NCBI GenBank assembly: GCA_041909435.1
Contig: JAYRDK010000013.1
Span: 55-64,054 of the forward strand
Reading direction: 5' to 3'
DNA length: 64,000 nucleotides
Source: Lacunisphaera sp.
Lineage (GTDB): Bacteria; Verrucomicrobiota; Verrucomicrobiia; Opitutales; Opitutaceae
Part shown: positions 8,492-16,448 of the stretch, piece after piece
Layout: the number at the start of each line of letters is the position of its first letter
Position numbering within the stretch: position 1 is the stretch's first letter
Notes under the pieces: model-generated
What the model was told of the DNA's origin: nothing
Seen by the model: only the letters and a program-made list of their open reading frames with translations
Databases searched by the model: none
Translations under genes and position numbers: made by a program

Positions 8492-9294
8492 CTTGCGGGC
8501 AAAGCCAGTTCCCGCACCCAGACATTGCGGAAGGCAACGGGGTTGCCGTGTTCCTGCAGCTCGAGCGGCAGCTTGGCCGCATGGGGCGCGTATTTCGGCG
8601 GGCCGCGGTATTCGGTGGGGCCGGTCAGGACGGTGTCGTGCTGCACGAGCACCCCGTTGTGGAAGGCGGTGATCCGGGCCGGGCTGGTGAGCGAACCGTC
8701 GGCGGCGAAGCGCGGGGCGATGAAGACAATGTCATAGGTCTGCCATTCGCCGGGCGGGCGGCTGGCGTTCACCAGCGGCGGGTGCTGCTTGTAGATCGAG
8801 CCGGCCTGGCCGTTGACGTAGGTCGGATTGTCGTGGGAATCGAGCACCTGCACCTCGTAGCGGCCCATGAAGAACACGCCGCTGTTGCCGCGGCCCTGGC
8901 CCTTGCCCTCGATCTTCGCCGGGGTGCGGAACTCAAGGTGGAGCTGCACATCGCCAAAGGATTGCCGCGTGCGGATGCCGCCGTGCGGGAAATCGGGCAG
9001 GCGTCCCGGGGTGGCGGCGACCCGGGCGGCTTCCTCGGGAGAGGCTTTGCCGGCCACCACCACCATGGCGCCGTCCTCGATGCGCCACATCGGGTTTTCC
9101 ACCTTGGCCGGCTCCCAGGCGTCGAGCGAGGTGCCGTTGAAGAGGATGATCGCGTCGGACGGCACGCCGCCGGCCGGGGCGGCGACGACGGGCGGGACGG
9201 GCGTGTAGTATTCGGTCAGTTCCGGCGGGGGCAGCTCGTCGGCGGCGAGCAGGCGGACGGTCAGGGCGGTGAGCAGCAGAGGTAGGCGGCGCAT
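8488..9294 (-). CDS. DUF1080 (3-keto-disaccharide hydrolase family) secreted protein
   Basis: Signal peptide MRRLPLLL; GNSGVFF, YEVQVLDS, GEWQTYDIVF, LQEHGNPVAFRNVWV motifs. Confidence 0.9.
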   Translation of the reverse strand: MRRLPLLLTALTVRLLAADELPPPELTEYYTPVPPVVAAPAGGVPSDAIILFNGTSLDAWEPAKVENPMWRIEDGAMVVVAGKASPEEAARVAATPGRLPDFPHGGIRTRQSFGDVQLHLEFRTPAKIEGKGQGRGNSGVFFMGRYEVQVLDSHDNPTYVNGQAGSIYKQHPPLVNASRPPGEWQTYDIVFIAPRFAADGSLTSPARITAFHNGVLVQHDTVLTGPTEYRGPPKYAPHAAKLPLELQEHGNPVAFRNVWVRELALPAR

Positions 9295-9339
9295 GGTGGG
9301 GATAAGCGAAGGCGAAGAACGAACGGAGGCAAGCCGGAG

Positions 9340-9421
9340 GTAGGGCGAGTCGTCCCGACGAGCCGCGGCCTTGGGCGTCATAGGCCCGGCGACGGCGGCT
9401 CATCCGGAGGATTCGCCCTAC
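9340..9421. repeat. GTAG-type REP doublet, family A
   Basis: GTAGGGCGAGTCGTCCCGACGAGCCGC ... GCGGCTCATCCGGAGGATTCGCCCTAC; near-identical copies at 36294, 41119 and 44591. Confidence 0.88.
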
Positions 9422-12400
9422 CTTTCCAACGTCGCGGCCATCAGGCCGATGACGACATCGTTGGCGACGGCGCGGACGGTGAGAGATTGGAGTTCCTTGG
9501 CCGGATCGAGGGCCAGCTGGAGCACGGTGGCGGCGCCGCCGGGGACCACGCGGCCCTGGCCCTTGAATGTGGTGTGATCGAGGACGCGCACGGCGCCGGT
9601 CTTGAGGTCGATGCGGGTGGGGAGGAGGCCGTTGAGACGGAATTGGAAATCGTCGATGAAGTAGTCCTGCTCGATGGGCCACCAGGTCTCGGGATTGCGC
9701 AGGGCGAGGCGGGAGGTGGTGCCGTCGGTGTAGGTGACGACGACCTCGCCGTTGTCGAGGCGGCTCTGCATGGCATTGGTCGAGCCCGCCATCAAGAGGT
9801 GAATCTGGCGGGCCTTGCCGGTGAGCGGCACGGTGGCCTCGCGCGGGTAGTTGTCCCATTGCGAGGTGAAGAGGATGTTTTTGGCGTCGCCCGGTCCGGG
9901 GGTGGCGAAGGATACGCCGTTGGGCAGCGTGATGCGTCCGTTGTTGGCCGCGGCCGCGGCGCGCAGACCGGTATCGTCGATCTCGGCGGTGGCGTTGACG
10001 TGCCCGGCCCAGTAGCCGATGCCCTGCGACGGCAGGGCGAGAGAAACGAAGGGCGAGCGCGGGGAGCGGTATTTGCCTGGACGGAAGATTTCCGTGAGGC
10101 GGTCGTTGAAGAGGGAGGAGAGATCGAGGGGGGCGAGGTTGGTGATCGTGGGTGGAACCCGGCCTCCGGACGGGTTGTTCGCCGGCTTGGATACAAAAAG
10201 CCCGTCCGGAGGCCGGGCTCCACCTAATCTGCTTCCGCGCCAGCTTACACTGACTTCGTGTTTGGCCGCGGCTGGCGCGAGAATTTCCAGGCGGGAAGAA
10301 GGAGCCTCGAGCACCCGGCCTTCCGCCGGCCGGCCGTTGACGGTGACCCGGGGTGCGTTGCCGGCAACGGGGATCTGCAGGCGCAGGGCCATGGGGCGGT
10401 TGAAGCGTGAATCTATGATGAAGGTCTCGGTCTGTTCCTTGCGGACATAGGCCAGATCGACCTGCGGATGGTGCATTTTTGCGTTGTTCCATTCGATGGG
10501 GAACCCGGGGGTGATCCGCAACTCGCTCGCGAGAGCGTCAGGTCGCACACCGAACAGGCCTTCGATGAACGCCCGGCTGAGCGTGCCGGAGCCATCGGCG
10601 AAGTCGCGCTGCGATTCGCGGCGGTAGACATCGAGATAACTCATCGAGCCGACATTTCCTGGGGAAATGCCCATGAACATGGCGGCAACAAGCGAGCCCT
10701 TGAGCACCCGGAAGGCCTGCTCGGTATCTCCGGCCTGCCAGAGGCCCAGCGCGCCATGGGCGTTTTCGTTCATCGTGACATTGTTGATGGACCAGGTGTA
10801 AGGCATCCAGTTACTCGTGCCGAGCGTGTGCAGATCCTCGGGCACACCGGGACCGCGCACCGGGATTTGAGGCAGAAAAACCCCGACGTAGCGGGCCATT
10901 TGCGCAGCTTCATCGGGCGTCACGAGTTGGGAATCCATCACATGATAGAAACTCCATAAAGCGGCATCGGGATGAACCAGTTGGCGTCCGAGCCAATCCT
11001 TGGTCTCGGCGAACATGCCGGTATCCTTTTGCCAAAGCAGTTCCCGCATGCCGCGGGCAATCAGGTCGGCTTCCTTGGTGTAGGGCGCCGGGTCGGCGCC
11101 GGTGAGGGGGGCGAGGCGGGCGGCCATGCGGTTGTGCCAGTAGTTGTAGGCAGAGCTGTGTGCTGCGCCGCCGCCGCTGTATTGCAGGTCGTCGCTCGCC
11201 CAGATCGCGGCGTAGGCTTCGTAGAGCGGGAGTTTCTCGCCGGTGGCGGTGGTGAACTCGCGGCGGAAGAGACGGCGCTCCCAGGCGAGGTGGCGTTCGA
11301 TGACGGGCCACAGCTGTTTCGAAAACTCCGTGTCGCCGGTCCAGAGCAGGTGGCGGAACAGGCCGTCGATGAACACGAGGTTCATGTCGTAATGGCTGTT
11401 CGACATGTCGCCGTTGCTGTGGAGGGCGGTTTCGCTGCGGGCGAGGTTGGCGTTTTCGTCGGGTGGAGGGAGTTTGTCGGGAATGGGGTCGGTATTCTGC
11501 CGGCCGGCCCAGTAGGTGAAATTGGCGCTGGCGCGGTCATGCCAGCCGAGGGCGTCGAGGGCGTAGGGGCCGCGCCAGCCGAGCAGCTTCGTGCGCCAGG
11601 CGATGGCGCCGTGCATGATGGCCTGCTGCGGCTCGTCCCACACGGCGTCGGCGGCGATGTTGAGCGCGCCGACGGCGGCGTTGATGAACGGATCGGGCGT
11701 CTCGACCGACACGCGGGTGCGCAGCGCGGTGAAGTGCGCCTCGGTCTCGGCAAAGATCCGGGGCAGGTCCTCGGGGCGGAACGCGACGGCCCCGGGGCGC
11801 CGGTCGGCGGCGGGAGCGGCCGGTGGCGCGCCGACTTCCCGATAGGTGTCGAGGTCGGCCGGGGCGGGACCCGCCGCCTGGCGCTGCAGCGAGAGGAACA
11901 AGGGCTGTCCGGCGGCGAGCGACGCGCGGCCGACGACAACGGGCCGGCTGCTGAACGAGTCCGCCTCCGGTTTCAGGAGGGCGGGCAGGTCATTCCATTT
12001 GCCCGCGTCGGCGGTGGCGAGCCGGGCGCCCGCCGGGACGAGGCCGATGATCGTGGCGGGCTTGGCGCGGAGGGTGAAGGCCCCGGGTGCGAAGGTGATG
12101 GCGTTGTCCTTGCAGAAGTCGGGCTGAAGCTGGAACCACTGGCTGATGGGCACGCGCTCGGTGCCGATGTCGCCGTCGCGCGAGCCGCGCTGGCCGTTGA
12201 CGCCGCCGTAGGCCCAGACCAGCTCGAGGCCGGGGGCGAGGCCGGAGCCCTCGACCCGCACGAGGAGGCCCTCGGCCTGGTGGTAGGCGAGGGCGGCGAG
12301 GCGGAGCACGCCGTCCGGCCCGAGCAGCGGGTCGCGGATCTCGTAGAGCAACTCGCCGGGGCGGTAGCGGGTCTCGATCCGGGCGGCGGCGTGCAGCCAC

Positions 12401-12693
12401 TTGGCGCCGGCGGGGGCGGCGAGGCCCAGCCGCAGGTTGCCGCCGCGGCCGGGGAGGTAGAGGACGAACTCGGGCTTGTCGCCGCCGTCGACGCGGAAGG
12501 CGGTGTTGCCGCCGTAGAGCGGGCGGTTGAAGAACTCGGCGCCGTTCTCGATGACGAAGTCCGCGCCATCCGGCCGGTAGCGGAGCGGGCGCTCGATGTT
12601 GGACTCAAGGTTGGGGAAGAGCTTCTGCGCCGCGGGTTGGGCGAGGGCAGAAACGGCCAACAGGAGGGCACCACTAAGCCACAATGCTCTCAC
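9418..12693 (-). CDS. DUF4450-domain secreted glycoside-hydrolase-like protein
   Basis: Signal peptide; RPLRYRPDG...FNRPLYG N-terminus as in DUF4450 proteins; W/Y/D-rich helical core; GTG start at 12693 chosen because the upstream ORF part is a translated REP. Confidence 0.75.
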   Translation of the reverse strand: MRALWLSGALLLAVSALAQPAAQKLFPNLESNIERPLRYRPDGADFVIENGAEFFNRPLYGGNTAFRVDGGDKPEFVLYLPGRGGNLRLGLAAPAGAKWLHAAARIETRYRPGELLYEIRDPLLGPDGVLRLAALAYHQAEGLLVRVEGSGLAPGLELVWAYGGVNGQRGSRDGDIGTERVPISQWFQLQPDFCKDNAITFAPGAFTLRAKPATIIGLVPAGARLATADAGKWNDLPALLKPEADSFSSRPVVVGRASLAAGQPLFLSLQRQAAGPAPADLDTYREVGAPPAAPAADRRPGAVAFRPEDLPRIFAETEAHFTALRTRVSVETPDPFINAAVGALNIAADAVWDEPQQAIMHGAIAWRTKLLGWRGPYALDALGWHDRASANFTYWAGRQNTDPIPDKLPPPDENANLARSETALHSNGDMSNSHYDMNLVFIDGLFRHLLWTGDTEFSKQLWPVIERHLAWERRLFRREFTTATGEKLPLYEAYAAIWASDDLQYSGGGAAHSSAYNYWHNRMAARLAPLTGADPAPYTKEADLIARGMRELLWQKDTGMFAETKDWLGRQLVHPDAALWSFYHVMDSQLVTPDEAAQMARYVGVFLPQIPVRGPGVPEDLHTLGTSNWMPYTWSINNVTMNENAHGALGLWQAGDTEQAFRVLKGSLVAAMFMGISPGNVGSMSYLDVYRRESQRDFADGSGTLSRAFIEGLFGVRPDALASELRITPGFPIEWNNAKMHHPQVDLAYVRKEQTETFIIDSRFNRPMALRLQIPVAGNAPRVTVNGRPAEGRVLEAPSSRLEILAPAAAKHEVSVSWRGSRLGGARPPDGLFVSKPANNPSGGRVPPTITNLAPLDLSSLFNDRLTEIFRPGKYRSPRSPFVSLALPSQGIGYWAGHVNATAEIDDTGLRAAAAANNGRITLPNGVSFATPGPGDAKNILFTSQWDNYPREATVPLTGKARQIHLLMAGSTNAMQSRLDNGEVVVTYTDGTTSRLALRNPETWWPIEQDYFIDDFQFRLNGLLPTRIDLKTGAVRVLDHTTFKGQGRVVPGGAATVLQLALDPAKELQSLTVRAVANDVVIGLMAATLER
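10151..10224. repeat. REP-like inverted doublet lying in-frame inside the DUF4450 CDS
   Basis: GGTGGAACCCGGCCTCCGGACGGG / CCCGTCCGGAGGCCGGGCTCCACC (24 bp, 1 mismatch); translates as GGARPPDGLFVSKPANNPSGGRVPP. Confidence 0.8.
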
Positions 12694-12698
12694 ACTAA

Positions 12699-12784
12699 TG
12701 GAGGGCTCGCGTCCTTGCGAGCCGCGGCCCAGCTGGAGCTGGGCCCTCCACCAAGACACGGCCCGCAGGGACGCGGGCCCTGCA
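12699..12784. repeat. TGGAG-type REP cluster, family B
   Basis: TGGAGGGCTCGCGTCCTTGCGAGCC-GCGGCCCAGCTGGAGCTGGGCCCTCCA-GGCCCGCAGGGACGCGGGCC; near-identical to 16364-16448. Confidence 0.85.
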
Positions 12785-12792
12785 GGGAATTT

Positions 12793-12871
12793 ATCCGTGA
12801 TCATCCGTGTAATCGGTGGTCAAAAACCGTCTTGGTCCGTCAACTCAGGTTTCAGGTCTCAAGTTTCAGAT
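12793..12871. repeat. 9-nt periodic element (12793-12826) and 7-nt periodic array (12844-12871)
   Basis: ATCCGTGATCATCCGTGTAATCGGTGGTCAAAAA; CTCAGGT TTCAGGT CTCAAGT TTCAGAT. Confidence 0.5.
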
Positions 12872-13357
12872 TTCTGCTTTGGGTTCGAAACGGCTTTGGG
12901 CGCGGTTTTTCTTCACGGTGTGGGCGGGGGCGACCACGCCGTTCATGGCGATGTAGATGCCGGGCGGCAGCGATTGCAGGGCGCCGACGGCGCAGCCGAG
13001 GTTGAAGACGGCGTCGCTGTTGCGGAAGCGGGCGGGCTGCATCGAGCCGGTGAAGACGATGACCTTGTCCGGCAGGCCCTCGAGCTTGGCGGCCGTGGCC
13101 GTCATGGTGTCGGTGCCGTGGGTGATGAGGATGAGGTTTTCGGGCGAGGCCTCGACGCGGGTGCGGATGAGGGCGCGGTCCTCGTCGGTCATGGCGAGGC
13201 TGTCCTTCTGGAGGACGGACTCGACGACGAAGTCGAAGGTGACGTTGGACTCGCGGAAGACGGGGCCGACCTGGGGTTCGCCGACCTCGTAGGTGCTGGC
13301 GGCGTCGAAGTAGACCTTGTCGATGGTGCCGCCGGTGGCGATGACACGGATGCGCAT
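12866..13357 (-). CDS. Short-chain L-asparaginase (single domain)
   Basis: IATGGTIDK and ITHGTDTM catalytic motifs; 163 aa from MRIRV. Confidence 0.88.
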   Translation of the reverse strand: MRIRVIATGGTIDKVYFDAASTYEVGEPQVGPVFRESNVTFDFVVESVLQKDSLAMTDEDRALIRTRVEASPENLILITHGTDTMTATAAKLEGLPDKVIVFTGSMQPARFRNSDAVFNLGCAVGALQSLPPGIYIAMNGVVAPAHTVKKNRAQSRFEPKAEI

Positions 13358-13412
13358 GGCCGGAAGGTGGCTGCGGAGCCGCGGGAATTCAATCTGGATT
13401 CTGAAGCGGGGT

Positions 13413-13547
13413 TTTAACCACGAAGGACACGAAGGGGCGCGAAGCTGAAAGGCAGGAGTTTTTAGCCACCAAAAGGACAAGAAGCGCAAAAGGGACCAAA
13501 GCGGAGTCTGGTATTTTTTGTGCCCTTTGTGCTTTTTGTGGCCAAGG
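13413..13547. repeat. 9-nt-periodic repeats, including an inverted pair
   Basis: TTTAACCACGAAGGACACGAAG; TTTAGCCACCAAAAGGACAAGAAGCGCAAAA facing TTTTGTGCCCTTTGTGCTTTTTGTGGCCAAG. Confidence 0.6.
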
Positions 13548-13553
13548 TCTGAT

Positions 13554-13661
13554 TCAGGTTTTCCTTATGGCGAGATGGGCGACGAGACCGATGACGAGGC
13601 AGGCCAGGGCGACGAGGTCGGCGGTGCAGACCCGCGCGAGCTGGGTGTTATAGCTGCCCAG
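13554..13661 (-). pseudogene. 3' remnant of a small membrane-protein gene
   Basis: Frame reads LGSYNTQLARVCTADLVALACLVIGLVAHLAIRKT* with GC-rich codons, has no upstream part, and abuts an AT-rich gene; resembles from memory the C-terminus of a widespread ~130-aa membrane family (GGYNxQxxRVxxADxVAL). Confidence 0.5.
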
Positions 13662-13711
13662 GGACTGGAGCCCAAAGGGGCACACACCCTTTTCGATGCA
13701 CAACAAAATGT

Positions 13712-14314
13712 TTACGCTTCAGACTGACCTTGCTCCGGACGCATCGCTGCCGACCTCAATTGGAGCTCGGCCATCAGATCTACATATTCATCCTGAGAAA
13801 TTATACTTTCCCTCCGTAAGAACTCGAAACGCGCCGCTTCACCAGCAGGATCTAATTCGTTCAAAATTCTCGCGTAGCGTTCCTTAAGGGAGCTTTTCCG
13901 GTATTCTGTTATTTTCGCCAGGATCTGATCTTTTTTCTTGTCGGCTATTATGTAGATTGAGCCTTGGGACACATCGATCACCTGAAATTTTGTCCTTACA
14001 TAATAATGATAACCGAATGCCATTAGCCCGAGAATAAACCAAGTAGGGAATTCGAGGGAGCCTTTATCCCGAAGATCAAAAATCATTTCTGCGAGTCCGG
14101 CCGCAATCCACAGACCTCCTACAAAAAACCAAATCGAACGCTTGGTCTCAAAGGTGCGGTAGCGCTCCAGATTAATTTCTTCGTATGGGATTCTAAAATT
14201 ATGAGTCGCAGTCGAATCACTGAGAGTGAAATTCAAACAGTCTTTCTCAAAAAGAAATACGCAACGGTTCGATGCGCGGCGTTGAGCGATCTTTATGTTT
14301 TCAGTAAGGTTCAT
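13712..14314 (-). CDS. Hypothetical 2-TM membrane protein, AT-rich
   Basis: 200 aa ORF; two hydrophobic segments; hand count of line 13921 gives about 42% GC. Confidence 0.75.
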   Translation of the reverse strand: MNLTENIKIAQRRASNRCVFLFEKDCLNFTLSDSTATHNFRIPYEEINLERYRTFETKRSIWFFVGGLWIAAGLAEMIFDLRDKGSLEFPTWFILGLMAFGYHYYVRTKFQVIDVSQGSIYIIADKKKDQILAKITEYRKSSLKERYARILNELDPAGEAARFEFLRRESIISQDEYVDLMAELQLRSAAMRPEQGQSEA

Positions 14315-14375
14315 TCTGGGGGATGAGAATTTTCCTCGGATTTAAACAACTGGATATCTTCCAACGTCCAGAGCG

Positions 14376-14594
14376 CTACTTCAGCGCAGATAGAAATTCA
14401 TCAGCGGCCACACCGGCTTGTTTGAGCACGCCGTTGAGCGTCCATGAATTAATCTCCCGGTGCATCGGCACCACGCAGCCACGGTCGCCGCGGCGCATGA
14501 TTGCATGACTGCCTCTCTGGCGGAGGAGGACAAAGCCCAGTCGCTCCAGCGCCTTCACGGCTTTGCGGCCGGAGACTCCCGGCAGATTAGGCAT
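14376..14594 (-). CDS. hicA: HicA family mRNA interferase toxin
   Basis: 72 aa; LERLGF...RQRGSHAIM...VVPMH...TLNGVLKQAG pattern with the catalytic His in GSH. Confidence 0.9.
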   Translation of the reverse strand: MPNLPGVSGRKAVKALERLGFVLLRQRGSHAIMRRGDRGCVVPMHREINSWTLNGVLKQAGVAADEFLSALK

Positions 14595-14805
14595 GAGCGG
14601 CCACCTCGAAGGTCGTCATCACCGCCCGGCCGGCCGTCTTCGCCTTGTCGGGGAATTCAGAGAGATAGAGTTCGGTGGCTTCCTTGAGATTGCTCAGCGC
14701 CTCCTGATGGGTGCGGCCTTGGGTAGTCGTGCCGGTCTCAGGATTATAGGCGACCAGCCACTTCGAGCGGGGCGCGGGATAAATGACGGCGGTCAGGGTG
14801 CGCAT
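14587..14805 (-). CDS. hicB: HicB family antitoxin, short form without a DNA-binding domain
   Basis: 72 aa; TTQGRTHQEALSNLKEATELYL motif; overlaps the hicA start by 8 nt. Confidence 0.85.
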   Translation of the reverse strand: MRTLTAVIYPAPRSKWLVAYNPETGTTTQGRTHQEALSNLKEATELYLSEFPDKAKTAGRAVMTTFEVAAHA

Positions 14806-14860
14806 GAAAGACACTATGCGGGTGGATCCGTCGGTGTCAATTAGCGCGGCGAATCGGGGT

Positions 14861-14931
14861 GTCGGGCGTAAAGCCCGACCTACAGGGACGTCGTGCTTTT
14901 TTGTGCCCTTTTGTGTTTCTTGTGGCCAAAA
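14861..14931. repeat. GTAG-type REP (14861-14883) plus 9-nt periodic repeat (14897-14931)
   Basis: Minus strand GTAGGTCGGGCTTTACGCCCGAC; TTTTGTGCCCTTTTGTGTTTCTTGTGGCCAAAA is a direct repeat of 13514-13547. Confidence 0.7.
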
Positions 14932-15047
14932 GAATTCTGCATGTCCGGCCAGCCGAATATCCTTTGGATCGTTACCACCCATCCGCCTTCGCTCCAAGCT
15001 ACGGCGCGATCTGGGGTGGGCGTTGATGATAGCTGCGAGAGATAACC

Positions 15048-16361
15048 ATGCCTTCGCGGCCAAATATCTTGTGGATTCTAACGACCCAGTGGCGGGCCAT
15101 GGCGACGGGGTATGCGGGGGATGTTAATGCCCGGACGCCCTGGCTGGACGGACTGGCGAGCGAGGCGGTTAATTATACGCAGGCCGTCACGCCGCATCCG
15201 CTCGGGCCGCAGGCGCGGGCGGCGCTGCTGACGGGGAGGCTTTGTCCGGAGAACGGGGTGAAGGGGTATTGGGATGCGTTGCCGGTATATGATGAGAAAA
15301 AAGCGCGAGCTAGCTCGCTGGCCCACGAAGGAAAGCGGGCGTCGTCAAGCTACGCCCCCACAGGACGAACCATTGCCCATGCGTTGAAAGATCGCGGCTA
15401 TGCGACGGCTTGGTTTGGGAAGTGGCATCTGGCGGAGCGGGATCGCTCGGCACCGTTTGTCGGCGAGGCGCATGCGAAGATGATCGTGCCGCCGGAGCGG
15501 CGCGGGGGTTTTGAAATGTGGGAGGGGTTTGAAAGCGGATTCTTGATCAATGATCCGTGGTTGCATGGGACTCGGATCGAGGCGCCGCGAAAGTTTAAAG
15601 GTTATCAGAGTGATGTGCTGGTGCAGCGGGCAGCCGAGTGGATTGCGGAGGGCGGATTGCGGATCGGGGATTCGGCAAAACCATTCTTTGCGGTTGTCAG
15701 CCTGGAGGCGCCGCATCCGCCTTATCATGCGCCGGCGCCGCATGTGGCGGAGGTGAAACCGCGGGAATTAAAATTACGGGCGAATGTTCCCGCGGGCGGG
15801 GATGTCGAGAAACAGGTGCGGGAGGAGATGGCGGGATATTATGCCCACATCGAGGCGACGGACCGGGCGATCGGGAAACTGCTGACCGAGGTGGACCTCT
15901 CCGGGACGATCGTCGTGTTCACCTCGGTGCATGGGGATATGCATGGGAGCCACGGGTTGTTTCGGAAGGCGTGGCCGTATGAGGAATCAATCAGGGTGCC
16001 CTTATTGATTCGCAGGGAGCCCTCCTTCGCCAAGGCTTCGAAGGGCGCGGCAGGGAGGAAAGATGATAGTCCCGTGAGCTTGGTTGATCTGCCGCACATG
16101 GCGGTGGCTTGGGCGGAGGGGCGGGAATGGCACAACAAGCGGGACAGCGCGCTGATCTCGATGCCGGCGGCGACGGAGATCGCGTTGCAGTGTCCCGTGG
16201 CCTGGCGGGGATTCCGCTCGGCGCAGCACAAGCTGGTGCTCAATGAAGACGGGACGCCGTGGCTGTATTTCGACTTGGAGAAGGATCCGCTGGAAATGAA
16301 AAACCTCGCCGGGGATCCGGCGAGGCGAGAGGAGATCGAGAAACTGATAAGACTGATGTAG
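15048..16361 (+). CDS. Sulfatase-fold protein with degenerate active site
   Basis: PNIL, ALLTGR, GYATAWFGKWHL, PHPPY and YEESIRVPL motifs; CxPxR is replaced by GPQAR; metal-ligand Asp positions read TTQ and SVHG. Confidence 0.8.
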   Translation: MPSRPNILWILTTQWRAMATGYAGDVNARTPWLDGLASEAVNYTQAVTPHPLGPQARAALLTGRLCPENGVKGYWDALPVYDEKKARASSLAHEGKRASSSYAPTGRTIAHALKDRGYATAWFGKWHLAERDRSAPFVGEAHAKMIVPPERRGGFEMWEGFESGFLINDPWLHGTRIEAPRKFKGYQSDVLVQRAAEWIAEGGLRIGDSAKPFFAVVSLEAPHPPYHAPAPHVAEVKPRELKLRANVPAGGDVEKQVREEMAGYYAHIEATDRAIGKLLTEVDLSGTIVVFTSVHGDMHGSHGLFRKAWPYEESIRVPLLIRREPSFAKASKGAAGRKDDSPVSLVDLPHMAVAWAEGREWHNKRDSALISMPAATEIALQCPVAWRGFRSAQHKLVLNEDGTPWLYFDLEKDPLEMKNLAGDPARREEIEKLIRLM

Positions 16362-16363
16362 GC

Positions 16364-16448
16364 TGGAGGACTCGCGTCCCTGCGAGCCGCGGCCCAGCTG
16401 GAGCTGGGCCCTCCACTAAAACCGGCCCGCAGAGACGCGGGCCCTCCA
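16364..16448. repeat. TGGAG-type REP cluster, family B
   Basis: Near-identical to 12699-12784; sits between convergent genes. Confidence 0.85.

Noticed and set aside
9418-12804. ORF-track N-terminal extensions of DUF4450, asparaginase, hicB, DUF1080 and birA
   Set aside because: The extensions translate REP or periodic repeats or intergenic DNA; downstream starts give proper signal peptides or domain boundaries.
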